From an archaeon (GTDB lineage Archaea; Iainarchaeota; Iainarchaeia; Iainarchaeales; JAAZKV01), in contig JBAZYC010000001.1 of assembly GCA_041659525.1 (NCBI GenBank), positions 725,554 through 789,553 of the forward strand: a stretch of 64,000 bases of DNA, in the 5' to 3' direction. The notes under the pieces were generated by a model. The model saw nothing but the letters and a program-made list of their open reading frames with translations, searched no databases and had not been told where the DNA came from. The translations under genes and the position numbers were made by a program. Shown here in pieces: positions 1 to 7,945 of this stretch (the stretch's first letter is position 1; the number at the start of each line of letters is the position of its first letter).

Positions 1-1
1 T

Positions 2-385
2 AAAGAATTTGGGGCTGAGGCTAAGCGAAGAATTATTCTTGGGACTTTTGCAAGAATGTCTGGTTATCGTGATGCTTATTATTTGAAATCAATGAGAGTG
101 AGAGCAAAATTAATTAATGAATTTAACGAGGCTTTCAAAAAATATGATTTATTAATTTGCCCAACTATGCCTACTGTTGCTCCGCGTTTTGATGAAATAG
201 AAAAATTAACTCCTCTACAAAACTTTGCAATGGATCTTTGCACTGTCCCAGCTAACTTAGCAGGACTTCCTCACATTTCTTGCAATGCTGGTTTTAGTAA
301 TAATCTTCCAGTTGGGATAATGGCTATTGCCCCTCACTTACAAGAAAAAAGACTTTACTCATTCGCTAGTGTGGTGGAAGCATGA
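2..385 (+). CDS. gatA: Glu-tRNA(Gln)/Asp-tRNA(Asn) amidotransferase subunit A, C-terminal part (gene begins upstream of the window)
   Basis: Translation (KEFGAEAKRRIILGTFARMSGYRDAYY...DLCTVPANLAGLPHISCNAGF...LPVGIMAIAPHLQE) matches the conserved C-terminus of amidase-family GatA. The frame is open to the window edge. Confidence 0.75.
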   Translation, partial: KEFGAEAKRRIILGTFARMSGYRDAYYLKSMRVRAKLINEFNEAFKKYDLLICPTMPTVAPRFDEIEKLTPLQNFAMDLCTVPANLAGLPHISCNAGFSNNLPVGIMAIAPHLQEKRLYSFASVVEA

Positions 386-873
386 GTAAGAAAAATTTAG
401 CTATCAAAATTAATTACAGAAGAGCAGTTATTAGTGATATTAATAATATTTTAGAATTAAACAAATCTCTTGTAGCGAGTCAAAAAAAATATACTTGGTA
501 TTATCAATTAAGAAAAGATTATTCAACTAACATGAAAAAATTTATTCGAAAAAGTATTGTTTCTAAAAATTCTTTTGTAGGAATTGCTTTGGATAATGAA
601 AAAATAATTGGTTATTGCAATGCTGAAGTAAAAAAAGCTAATTCTATTACTAAGTGGGGAAAAGAACTAAATTTAATAGATCTTTTTGTTTCTAAATATT
701 ATCGCAATAAAGGAATTGGTTCAAAATTATTTTCTTTTGTTGAAGAATTTGGGAAAAAAAAGAAAGCAACTTTAATGAATTTACAGGTTGTAGAAGGAAA
801 TAATTTTGCTGAAAAATTATATATTCAAAAAGGAATGGTTCTTTTTAAAAAAAATTATTTGAAGATGATTTAA
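382..873 (+). CDS. GNAT-family N-acetyltransferase
   Basis: 163 aa ORF whose start overlaps the gatA stop (ATGA). A GNAT-like core (…VGIALDNEKIIGYCNAEV…RNKGIGSKLFSFVEE…) is present. Confidence 0.55.
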   Translation: MSKKNLAIKINYRRAVISDINNILELNKSLVASQKKYTWYYQLRKDYSTNMKKFIRKSIVSKNSFVGIALDNEKIIGYCNAEVKKANSITKWGKELNLIDLFVSKYYRNKGIGSKLFSFVEEFGKKKKATLMNLQVVEGNNFAEKLYIQKGMVLFKKNYLKMI

Positions 874-875
874 TA

Positions 876-950
876 TGGAAGAAACAAAAGTAATGATTGG
901 GCTTGAGATTCACGCTTACTTAGGAACTGAAAGTAAATTATTTATATTTT
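876..950 (+). pseudogene. Diverged 5' fragment of a gatB-like gene (25 codons, MEETKVMIGLEIHAYLGTESKLF then stop)
   Basis: The peptide aligns with the N-terminus of the intact GatB at 2371 (MMIGLEVHAYLDTKSKLFCSC). It terminates after 25 codons, and nucleotide identity to the real gatB 5' end is only moderate. Confidence 0.5.
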
Positions 951-1271
951 AATTTTACTTTTTGTTTAATCTAATTTCTATTTAATTATCAGTTGTCACC
1001 TCCGCTTTGTGGAATTTTTTCGTTGGACTCTGCTTTTCTCGACTTAAACCTTTCCCCTTTGGGTCGCTGTTGCTAAAGGTTTAATGTCTCCAAAAGCAGC
1101 GGGGCCGTCCATGAAAAAATTCGTTTTTTGCGGAGGTGGCTCAAATGATTTTTTTAAATAATTTAAGTAAACCCTCAAAAGAGGAAATATTGTCAGTAAA
1201 AAGAATTGCAAGATGCAATCCTGATGATTTGGATTCAAGAGAACTTTGGGTTCTTGAACAATCTTTAGAAG

Positions 1272-2405
1272 GTGATGAAGATGATTGATTCATCGCCGGC
1301 AAGAAGGTTGGTTAGGTGTTTAAAAACGCCTAATTTGCAGTCTTTTACAGATACTATGCAATTCAGTAATTATTTGTTGAACATAGCTTTGCCTGATGAA
1401 AATCTTGAAAAAGTTTTTGCCACAGAGTTCCCTATTTATATAACAGGGGTGAATAAAATTCTTTCATCACTTGTTAATGAAATTAAAGAAAATACTACTC
1501 AAAATTCATTACAATTAATTGCTTCTGAATTAAAAAATGATTCTACTTCTGTGCGATGTTGGTTAACTGGGTATAATCCTACACCAATACTTAAAGCGTA
1601 CAAGATTCTTAAAATTTGGAAATCTGTTTGTGGAAAAACAGAGGTTGAGTTTGAAACAAAATGGGATTTTTTATTTCAAAATGTTAGTGGATATAATTCT
1701 AGACGTATGCCTAAAGTAAAATTAACTAAAAGTCTTTCAAATGATTTAGCTTATGTAATAGGATTTTTTCTTGCTGATGGGCACATAAAAAATGTTGATA
1801 AGTTAGTACAAAGAGGAAAATATCCTGAATACACAATTGCATTTTATGACAAATCAGCAGACTTTTTGAAAAAAATTGAGGCAATTTTTGTAAAAGAATT
1901 TTCAGCTAAATGCAACCTACATTATGCAGAAGATAAAAAAGGTAGTTGGTATTGTCTAAGGTGTACTTCAAAACCAATTCATAGATTTTTTATTGAAGTG
2001 TTGGGCTTGCCTTTCGGATATAAACAAGGAAGGGTTTGTGCTCCCGAAATAATAAAACAAGCTTCTGTTGATGCGCAGAAAGAATTTATCTCTGGTTTTT
2101 GCGATGGAGAGGGGTGTGTTGGTATTTCTACTAAAAATCCTTATTTTGAAGTTGCGCAAGTTTCATATACTGCTAATCCCCCTGAAATTTTGGTTTGGGT
2201 TAGTCAAAAATTAAATGAATTTGGGGTAAAAATATCAGTTCCTCAAAAAGGAGTTACTGTTTGGAGAATAAGAACCGCTTCCCAGAAAGTTATTAATAAC
2301 TATTATACAATAATTTCTTCAAGACATGTTGACAAAATACCAAAATTTGAAGAAGTAAAAAGGTTTTCTTATGGTTCAAGAAGTAGAGATGATGATAGGA
2401 CTTGA
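1272..2405 (+). CDS. LAGLIDADG-family homing endonuclease (double-motif, single-chain type), free-standing
   Basis: Two LAGLIDADG-like motifs: LAYVIGFFLADGHI (about 1740-1790) and EFISGFCDGEGCVGI (about 2085-2125). There is a 377 aa ORF with an extra roughly 150-aa N-terminal region. The 3' end overlaps the gatB start in another frame. Confidence 0.7.
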   Translation: MMKMIDSSPARRLVRCLKTPNLQSFTDTMQFSNYLLNIALPDENLEKVFATEFPIYITGVNKILSSLVNEIKENTTQNSLQLIASELKNDSTSVRCWLTGYNPTPILKAYKILKIWKSVCGKTEVEFETKWDFLFQNVSGYNSRRMPKVKLTKSLSNDLAYVIGFFLADGHIKNVDKLVQRGKYPEYTIAFYDKSADFLKKIEAIFVKEFSAKCNLHYAEDKKGSWYCLRCTSKPIHRFFIEVLGLPFGYKQGRVCAPEIIKQASVDAQKEFISGFCDGEGCVGISTKNPYFEVAQVSYTANPPEILVWVSQKLNEFGVKISVPQKGVTVWRIRTASQKVINNYYTIISSRHVDKIPKFEEVKRFSYGSRSRDDDRT

Positions 2406-3777
2406 AGTCCACGCATATTTGGATACAAAATCAAAACTTTTTTGTAGTTGTTCAACAGCATCAGCAGATGCTCCAAATTCTCAAACTTGTCCTCTGTGTA
2501 ATGGTCATCCCGGCGCAAAACCCGTTTTAAATGAAAAAGCAGTTGAGCTTGGAGTTAAAGTTGGTTTAGCTCTTGGTTGTACAATTAATGAAGATTTTTT
2601 CTTTTCAAGAAAAACTTATTTTTATCCTGATATGAGTATGAATTACCAAATTACTCAATACGAGGTTCCGGTTGCCCAAAATGGATTAGTTGTTCTTCCG
2701 AGTGGAAAAAAAGTTAGAATTAGAAGAGCGCATATTGAGTGGGATCCTGCTGCTTTAGTTCACCCTAATGGAATGGGTAAGAGTAATTACGTTTTAATTG
2801 ATTATAATCGCTCAGGATTACCTTTAATTGAAATTGTAACTGAACCAGATATTGATTCTCCAATTGAAGCAAGAGAATTCATGAACACCTTAGAAAATAT
2901 TTTAGGTTATTTGGGTGTGTTAAAACCTGATACTACGATGAAAGCGGATTGTAATATTTCTCTTAATGGAGGAAACCGAACTGAAATAAAAAATGTTTCA
3001 GGTTTTGCTGCTGCAGAAAAAGCACTTACTTATGAAATTTCTAGACAAAAACAGGAACTAAAAAATGGAAAAGTAATTGAGCAACACACAAGAGCATTTA
3101 ACGCTGATACTGGGATGACTACCGAATTAAGAAAAAAAGAAACTGAGGATGATTATGGTTATATTTTTGATCCAGATTTAGTAAAAGTTTCTCTTGGAAA
3201 AGATTATTTAATAAAAATAAAATCCGAAATGCCTGAATTACCTGAAGAGAAAGCGCAGAGATTGATGAAGCAATTTAATTTTTCAGAGTACGAAGCAAGA
3301 GTAATTTGTGGGAATTTTAATTTAGGAAAATTGTTTGATGAATTAGTATTGCAAAAAGCAAATCCCAATATTTCAGCTAAATTACTTACAAGAGAACTAC
3401 TTGCAGTAATGAATCATGATGCCCTTTCTTGGAGTGAGGTTTTAGTTAAACCAAGCGAGTTAGTTGAACTTGTAAAATTAATTGAGAGTGGAAAAGTAAC
3501 TGACAAGAACACAAAGCAGTCAATGATTAACTATATTTCAGGAGACAAATCTTCTCCTAAAGCTTTTTTAGAAAAAAACAATTTACTTATTTCGGAGAGT
3601 ATTGATATTGATTCAGTTATAACAAAAATCCTAGTTGCTAATGAAAAAGCGGTTGTTGATTATAAAGCGGGTAACGAGAAATCTCTTAATTTCCTTGCCG
3701 GTTTAGTTATGAGGGAAACTAAGGGAACAGTTAATCCTAGTAAAGTTCAAGAACTTTTAAAACAAAAACTTGCTTAA
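2371..3777 (+). CDS. gatB: Asp-tRNA(Asn)/Glu-tRNA(Gln) amidotransferase subunit B
   Basis: 468 aa. The N-terminus is MIGLEVHAYLDTKSKLFCSCS and the C-terminal GatB/YqeY-like tail is NFLAGLVMRETKGTVNPSKVQELLKQKL. The length fits GatB and not the roughly 620-aa GatE. The true start is probably the internal MMIGLE Met. Confidence 0.8.
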   Translation: MVQEVEMMIGLEVHAYLDTKSKLFCSCSTASADAPNSQTCPLCNGHPGAKPVLNEKAVELGVKVGLALGCTINEDFFFSRKTYFYPDMSMNYQITQYEVPVAQNGLVVLPSGKKVRIRRAHIEWDPAALVHPNGMGKSNYVLIDYNRSGLPLIEIVTEPDIDSPIEAREFMNTLENILGYLGVLKPDTTMKADCNISLNGGNRTEIKNVSGFAAAEKALTYEISRQKQELKNGKVIEQHTRAFNADTGMTTELRKKETEDDYGYIFDPDLVKVSLGKDYLIKIKSEMPELPEEKAQRLMKQFNFSEYEARVICGNFNLGKLFDELVLQKANPNISAKLLTRELLAVMNHDALSWSEVLVKPSELVELVKLIESGKVTDKNTKQSMINYISGDKSSPKAFLEKNNLLISESIDIDSVITKILVANEKAVVDYKAGNEKSLNFLAGLVMRETKGTVNPSKVQELLKQKLA

Positions 3778-3888
3778 CCAAGTTCTAAAAGTCATATTAT
3801 TGACTTCTAAGTTGAATTAGTAAAAACCTACTGAAGAATAGTATTAATTAACCCTTTTGTCATTAGTAATAATAGTATTAGAGGTGTT

Positions 3889-4197
3889 TTGATGTCGGCT
3901 CCGTGGGATTTTTTAAGAGACCCAGTAACTTGGGTAGGGATTATTGAACCAATAACTTTGTGGGTTCTGCTTTTAGTTTCAATTGCACTTTTTGGATTAG
4001 CTCTATTAGCTTTGAAGAAAAAGAGTTCTTCAAAACTAAAATATGTTGCTGGCGCCTTTGGATTATTTTTCCTGAAATCACTTTTAATGGTAATGGATAT
4101 TTATTTCTCGCCAGGAGAATTTATGAATAAAGCAATTTTAGGTTTCTTTGATTTATTAATCATGATTGGATTTTTCGTTGCTTTGTTTAGGAAGTAA
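3889..4197 (+). CDS. Small membrane protein (3 predicted TM helices)
   Basis: 102 aa made of hydrophobic helices; no recognisable family. Confidence 0.4.
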   Translation: MMSAPWDFLRDPVTWVGIIEPITLWVLLLVSIALFGLALLALKKKSSSKLKYVAGAFGLFFLKSLLMVMDIYFSPGEFMNKAILGFFDLLIMIGFFVALFRK

Positions 4198-4221
4198 ATT
4201 AAGAATGGAAATTATTGAGGG

Positions 4222-4779
4222 TTGGTTTGTATGGGTAAAGTGGGGCTAGACAAACTCAATGAAGCGATGGCGCTTACTCCTAGGGATAAGATTTATTCTA
4301 CTATTGTTCAAAATCCTGGGCTTCACTTTAGAGAGATTCAAAGAAGAACAAATATTGCAACAGGCGCTCTTCAATATCACGTGGACTATTTGAAAAAGAA
4401 AAATTTTGTTAGAGAGGAGAAACAAGGAAAGTTTTCTCATTTTTATGCATTGCAAAATGAATCAGTGGATTCTTCTTTAATGAATTTAATGAGACAGGAA
4501 TCAGTTAGAAAAATTGTTATTTTTTTAATGAATAAAAGAAGAGCTACTCTTCCAACTATTTCAAAGAACATCGATCTTAGTCTTTCTACTACTAGTTTTC
4601 ATATGCAAAAACTTTTACAATCAAAGGTAGTAATGCAAAAAACTATTATTGGAAAAACTTATTTTTACCTTGCTGATAAAGAAAGGGTTTTGATTTTACT
4701 TGTCCAGTATAGAAAGAGTTTTTTGGATTCTCTTGTAGATAATTTTATTGATACTTGGGAGAAAGAGTTTAAACCATAA
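4222..4779 (+). CDS. Winged-helix transcriptional regulator (two wHTH-like halves)
   Basis: The motif FREIQRRTNIATGALQYHVDYLKKKNFV is an ArsR/MarR-like wHTH, and a second HTH-like segment is PTISKNIDLSLSTTSFHMQKLLQSKVV. Confidence 0.5.
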   Translation: MVCMGKVGLDKLNEAMALTPRDKIYSTIVQNPGLHFREIQRRTNIATGALQYHVDYLKKKNFVREEKQGKFSHFYALQNESVDSSLMNLMRQESVRKIVIFLMNKRRATLPTISKNIDLSLSTTSFHMQKLLQSKVVMQKTIIGKTYFYLADKERVLILLVQYRKSFLDSLVDNFIDTWEKEFKP

Positions 4780-4816
4780 CTCAAATTCTTGGACACGTTG
4801 TAGGGTATGATTTTGT

Positions 4817-5320
4817 ATGAAAGTAGTTTTTATTGTTCCAAAAAATAATTTTCGTGATCAGGAGCTCTTTATTCCTAAAGTTTTGATTGCAAATAAAGGA
4901 ATTGAATGTGTAATCGCTTCAAAGTATGTTTCTTCTCTAAAAGGAATGACTGGTACTATTGTAGAATCTACTCTTGCTTTATCAAAAGTGGATAATAGTT
5001 TTGATGCTATTATCTTTATTGGCGGAGAGGGTGCTAGAGAATATTTTGAAGACGCGGAAGCTCTCGCTTTAGCAAAAAAATATTTTGAAATGAATAGAGT
5101 GGTTGCAGCTATTTGTATTGCGCCTAGCATTTTAGCTAACGCTGGAATTTTGAACGGGAAAAAAGCGGTTTGCTTTGCTTCTGAAATGAGTAACTTAACT
5201 TCAAAAGGGGCAATTTGTCCTGGTGGCCCAATAATGGTTGATGGTAAAATAATTACTGCTGCTGGTCCTCTTGTAGCAAAACAATTTGGGGAAGAAATAG
5301 TTAAAGCACTAAAAAAGTGA
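4817..5320 (+). CDS. DJ-1/PfpI family protein
   Basis: 167 aa. The nucleophile-elbow region AAICIAPSILANAGIL and the DJ-1/PfpI-like fold pattern …IIFIGGEGA… are present. Confidence 0.6.
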   Translation: MKVVFIVPKNNFRDQELFIPKVLIANKGIECVIASKYVSSLKGMTGTIVESTLALSKVDNSFDAIIFIGGEGAREYFEDAEALALAKKYFEMNRVVAAICIAPSILANAGILNGKKAVCFASEMSNLTSKGAICPGGPIMVDGKIITAAGPLVAKQFGEEIVKALKK

Positions 5321-5382
5321 TTTTTTACCAATGTTTAGTTAGATGCTTAAGGATATAAATAACAAAAGCTAAGTGTATAACT

Positions 5383-5946
5383 ATGCAACAAATAATTTAC
5401 TTGTTTCGCCATGGCCACATTCAATCAAAGAAAAATATTCTTTGCGGTTGGATTAATCTTCCCTTAGATTCGCTTGGCGTGGAACAAGCAAAAGTACTTG
5501 CTAAAAAGTTAAAGGATGAAAAAATTGATGTTGCTTTTTGTTCTGATCAAATTAGAAGTAAACAATGTTTAGTTGAAGTTTTGAAATATCATCCAAAAGC
5601 AGAAGTAATTATTGATCCTAGGTTAAGAGAGAGGCACTTTGGGGCGCTTTCTGGCGAACTTGAAAGTGTTTTTGCTGATACTTCGGATTTAAAAAAAATA
5701 AATGGTTCTTACGTTGAGGGAGTTCCAGGAATTGAGAGTTTGGACACTGTTCGTAAAAGAGTTTTTCCATTTATGTCTCAATTAATAAAATTTGTACAAA
5801 ACGAGAAAGTAAATGTTGCAATCAGTGCACACAATGATTCGCTTGAATTAATCCAAGAATACTTAGAAGGACTAACTCCTGATCAAGCAAAAAAATTAGA
5901 ACACTTTCCAACGAATTACAAAAAATATGTAATTACTTTTAACTAG
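5383..5946 (+). CDS. Histidine phosphatase (phosphoglycerate mutase family) protein
   Basis: An N-terminal LFRHGH catalytic motif and a later …SAHNDSL… region. Confidence 0.6.
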   Translation: MQQIIYLFRHGHIQSKKNILCGWINLPLDSLGVEQAKVLAKKLKDEKIDVAFCSDQIRSKQCLVEVLKYHPKAEVIIDPRLRERHFGALSGELESVFADTSDLKKINGSYVEGVPGIESLDTVRKRVFPFMSQLIKFVQNEKVNVAISAHNDSLELIQEYLEGLTPDQAKKLEHFPTNYKKYVITFN

Positions 5947-5948
5947 CT

Positions 5949-6956
5949 CTATTTTAATTTAAATCCAGCTGCAATTAATAACGGGAAAATAATACTTGCT
6001 TCTCCCCAAACTTTTACATTGTTTTCATCAGGAGTGGCCTTTCCCCAGCTCTTAGCTTCGTTTACGTTTGCTCCAGCGTTACTTCCTTCTCCTTCATAAC
6101 CAGTGTTAATGTAAACAGTGTAATCTGCTCCCTCTCTCATCATACAAGAATTCATTATGAAATGCTTTGGTACACTTCCTCCAATTAAAATTGCTCCAAT
6201 TTTGTCTTCGTTTAATACTCTATCAATCATTTCTTCTACATCGCTAACCATATCTACTTCAAAATCAGGGTGCTCTTTTCTAAAAAAGTATAAGTGATCT
6301 CCAATTGCTCCATCATGCAGGGGAATGCAAAATAATTTTATATTATTTTTGTAAGCCCAGTAAACAAAACTCTCTTCTTTTTTTGGAGAAGTTTCTAGAG
6401 CTTTACCTAGTTCTCTAATTATAGTTGCACTTGTAACTCTTTTTTTACTTTTTTTGCTTTCAGTGTAAACACTCTCAAATACTTTTTTAACAAATTTTTC
6501 AAACCAAATATATCTTTCATTTGGGATAAAAATATTTCCAGTTCTATTAACCCCATTTTCTCTTAAGTATCCGCCATCTGCGTTAAAGTCTCCGTGTAAA
6601 AAGTCTCCATAAGTTTTGATTATGTCTTCTTCAAGTCCGCCAGTAGTAGTAACCATTACGTTAACTAATTTGTTTTTCGCTAAGTATGCAACATTGTCGC
6701 GTAATCCGCAAGTACCAATATTTGAAGTGAATCCTAAATAAATTGAGGAGTTGGTTTCCTGCATTTTTTTTACTAGTTCAATTGCTTTTCCTAAATTAGT
6801 TGCTTGAAAACCAGTATCTTTGAATGAATCAAAGAATTTTTTTGCATCAAAGGGTTTGTCAAAATCATACCCCTGTATTTTTCCAGACCCAATTTCTTTG
6901 CTCTTTTTTAGAACCGATTTTTTTGGATCAATTTTTGTTTTAACCATACAAAACAC
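5949..6956 (-). CDS. dys: Deoxyhypusine synthase
   Basis: Strong motif-level match to DHS: VMVTTTGGLEEDIIK, GDF..LRENGVNRTGNIFIPNERY, DGAIGDHLYFF, ILIGGSVPKHFIMNSCMMREGADYTVYINTGYEGEGSNAGANVNEAKSWGKA, KVWGEASIIFPLLIAAGF. Confidence 0.8.
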   Translation of the reverse strand: MFCMVKTKIDPKKSVLKKSKEIGSGKIQGYDFDKPFDAKKFFDSFKDTGFQATNLGKAIELVKKMQETNSSIYLGFTSNIGTCGLRDNVAYLAKNKLVNVMVTTTGGLEEDIIKTYGDFLHGDFNADGGYLRENGVNRTGNIFIPNERYIWFEKFVKKVFESVYTESKKSKKRVTSATIIRELGKALETSPKKEESFVYWAYKNNIKLFCIPLHDGAIGDHLYFFRKEHPDFEVDMVSDVEEMIDRVLNEDKIGAILIGGSVPKHFIMNSCMMREGADYTVYINTGYEGEGSNAGANVNEAKSWGKATPDENNVKVWGEASIIFPLLIAAGFKLK

Positions 6957-6982
6957 TAACTAATGCACTAAATTAATAATAG

Positions 6983-7056
6983 TGGACAGGATGAGATTTG
7001 AACTCATGACCGCACGATTATCAGTCGTGTGCTCCAACCAGCTGAGCTACCCGTCC
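6983..7056 (-). tRNA. tRNA-Ile (anticodon GAU), no encoded CCA
   Basis: The minus-strand sequence GGACGGGTAGCTCAGCTGGTTGGAGCACACGACTGATAATCGTGCGGTCATGAGTTCAAATCTCATCCTGTCCA folds as a cloverleaf. Acceptor GGACGGG/CCTGTCC, D-stem GCTC/GAGC, anticodon stem CACGA/TCGTG with loop CTGATAA, T-arm ATGAG/CTCAT. Confidence 0.8.
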
Positions 7057-7154
7057 ATGGACTTAATGGTCCTTAAAAAAATTGTTCAAGAAAAGCTTTA
7101 AATGGCTACTTGTTAACAAATTTATCTGAGGAGAACCTCCTCAAAATCTACAAT

Positions 7155-7227
7155 AGCCCCTTCGTCTAGTGGCCAAGGATGCAGGCCTTTGAAGCCTGAT
7201 ACCCCAGTCCGAATCTGGGAGGGGCTA
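7155..7227 (+). tRNA. tRNA-Gln (anticodon UUG), no encoded CCA
   Basis: AGCCCCTTCGTCTAGTGGCCAAGGATGCAGGCCTTTGAAGCCTGATACCCCAGTCCGAATCTGGGAGGGGCTA. Acceptor AGCCCCT/AGGGGCT, anticodon stem CAGGC/GCCTG with loop CTTTGAA, T-arm CCCAG/CTGGG. Confidence 0.75.
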
Positions 7228-7311
7228 TTTTTTTCTTGGGATATATACAGCGTCCGCTATTGGACTGGTAAACATAACTATTTTTTAATTAGCTGTTTAA
7301 GTAAATATTAT

Positions 7312-7932
7312 ATGCAAGTTAAATTTTTTGATTTAATAAATGCTAATCCAATATTGGGTTTCTTTATTGTTGCTATCGCGAGCACAACAATTTCAATTAT
7401 CACAACAAGAAATCTAACTTTGAATGATGATTTCTTTGGGCTTATTTTTTATGTTGCGGTAGTTTCTGTTATTGTGACGGTTTCAATACTGGCGTTGATA
7501 TGGATTCTGCTTGGGATTTTCGCTTTGTCGGTTTTTTTATTTCAAAAAATTAGTGCAGGGATTGGTTATTTAACTACTTATGAGGGAATAGTTTCTATGC
7601 CAAACAAAATAACTATTTGGTTACAGAGACACACTCGAGTACGTCTTTGTTTGGAATACGCATTTCGTCTTGTCATAATTCTCATAATTGGATATTTTTT
7701 ATTGTATTTTTTAGCTTGGCTTGTTAGTCAAGGTGTTTCTGAAACTGACCCCATTACTAACAGAAGAGACCTGATTATCTTGCTCTGGGGAATAGCACTT
7801 ACTTTGTTGGTTGAAGCTACAATGAAAGCAACAGATAAATTTAACGGACAAAAAACAACTGGTGAAAGAATCGACCTTATTGACGATAAACTTACGCGGA
7901 TTGAAAAGAAGCTAGATTCCAAAAAACGCTAG
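7312..7932 (+). CDS. Membrane protein (multi-TM), function unknown
   Basis: The listed ORF starts at 7189, but its 5' part overlaps tRNA-Gln, so the in-frame ATG at 7312 (MQVKFFDLINANPILGFFIVAIA…) is the more plausible start. Confidence 0.4.
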   Translation: MQVKFFDLINANPILGFFIVAIASTTISIITTRNLTLNDDFFGLIFYVAVVSVIVTVSILALIWILLGIFALSVFLFQKISAGIGYLTTYEGIVSMPNKITIWLQRHTRVRLCLEYAFRLVIILIIGYFLLYFLAWLVSQGVSETDPITNRRDLIILLWGIALTLLVEATMKATDKFNGQKTTGERIDLIDDKLTRIEKKLDSKKR

Positions 7933-7945
7933 ACTATAATTTTGA

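Noticed and set aside
1044-1238. 64-aa minus-strand ORF inside the gatB-fragment/HEG spacer
   Set aside because: It lies in the GC-richer, structured-looking spacer, has no recognisable features and shows Pro/Gly-rich composition that reflects the GC bias. It is more likely non-coding.
950-2405. Considered calling a bona fide group I intron or intein interrupting gatB
   Set aside because: The downstream gatB is complete on its own and repeats the same N-terminal residues as the upstream fragment. Stop codons separate the pieces, there are no intein splice-junction residues, and I could not spot the group I P/Q/R/S core sequences. I kept it as a finding instead.
2371-3777. Whether this is a second, truncated gatE rather than gatB
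   Set aside because: It has the GatB/YqeY C-terminal tail and GatB length (468 aa) and lacks the AspRS-like insertion, whereas a full-length GatE (627 aa) is present at 14527..16410.
4858-5331. 157-aa minus-strand ORF antisense to the DJ-1/PfpI gene
   Set aside because: It is entirely contained antisense within a gene that has clear family motifs, so it is a shadow ORF. Other antisense ORFs were rejected for the same reason: 9408..9710, 14703..15038, 15092..16061, 21261..21530, 53725..54078, 54371..54646, 55238..55561, 57044..57418, 63281..63478 and those antisense inside the giant 25410 gene.
7189-7311. 5' extension of ORF 7189..7932
   Set aside because: It overlaps tRNA-Gln (7155..7227); the in-frame ATG at 7312 is a more plausible start.
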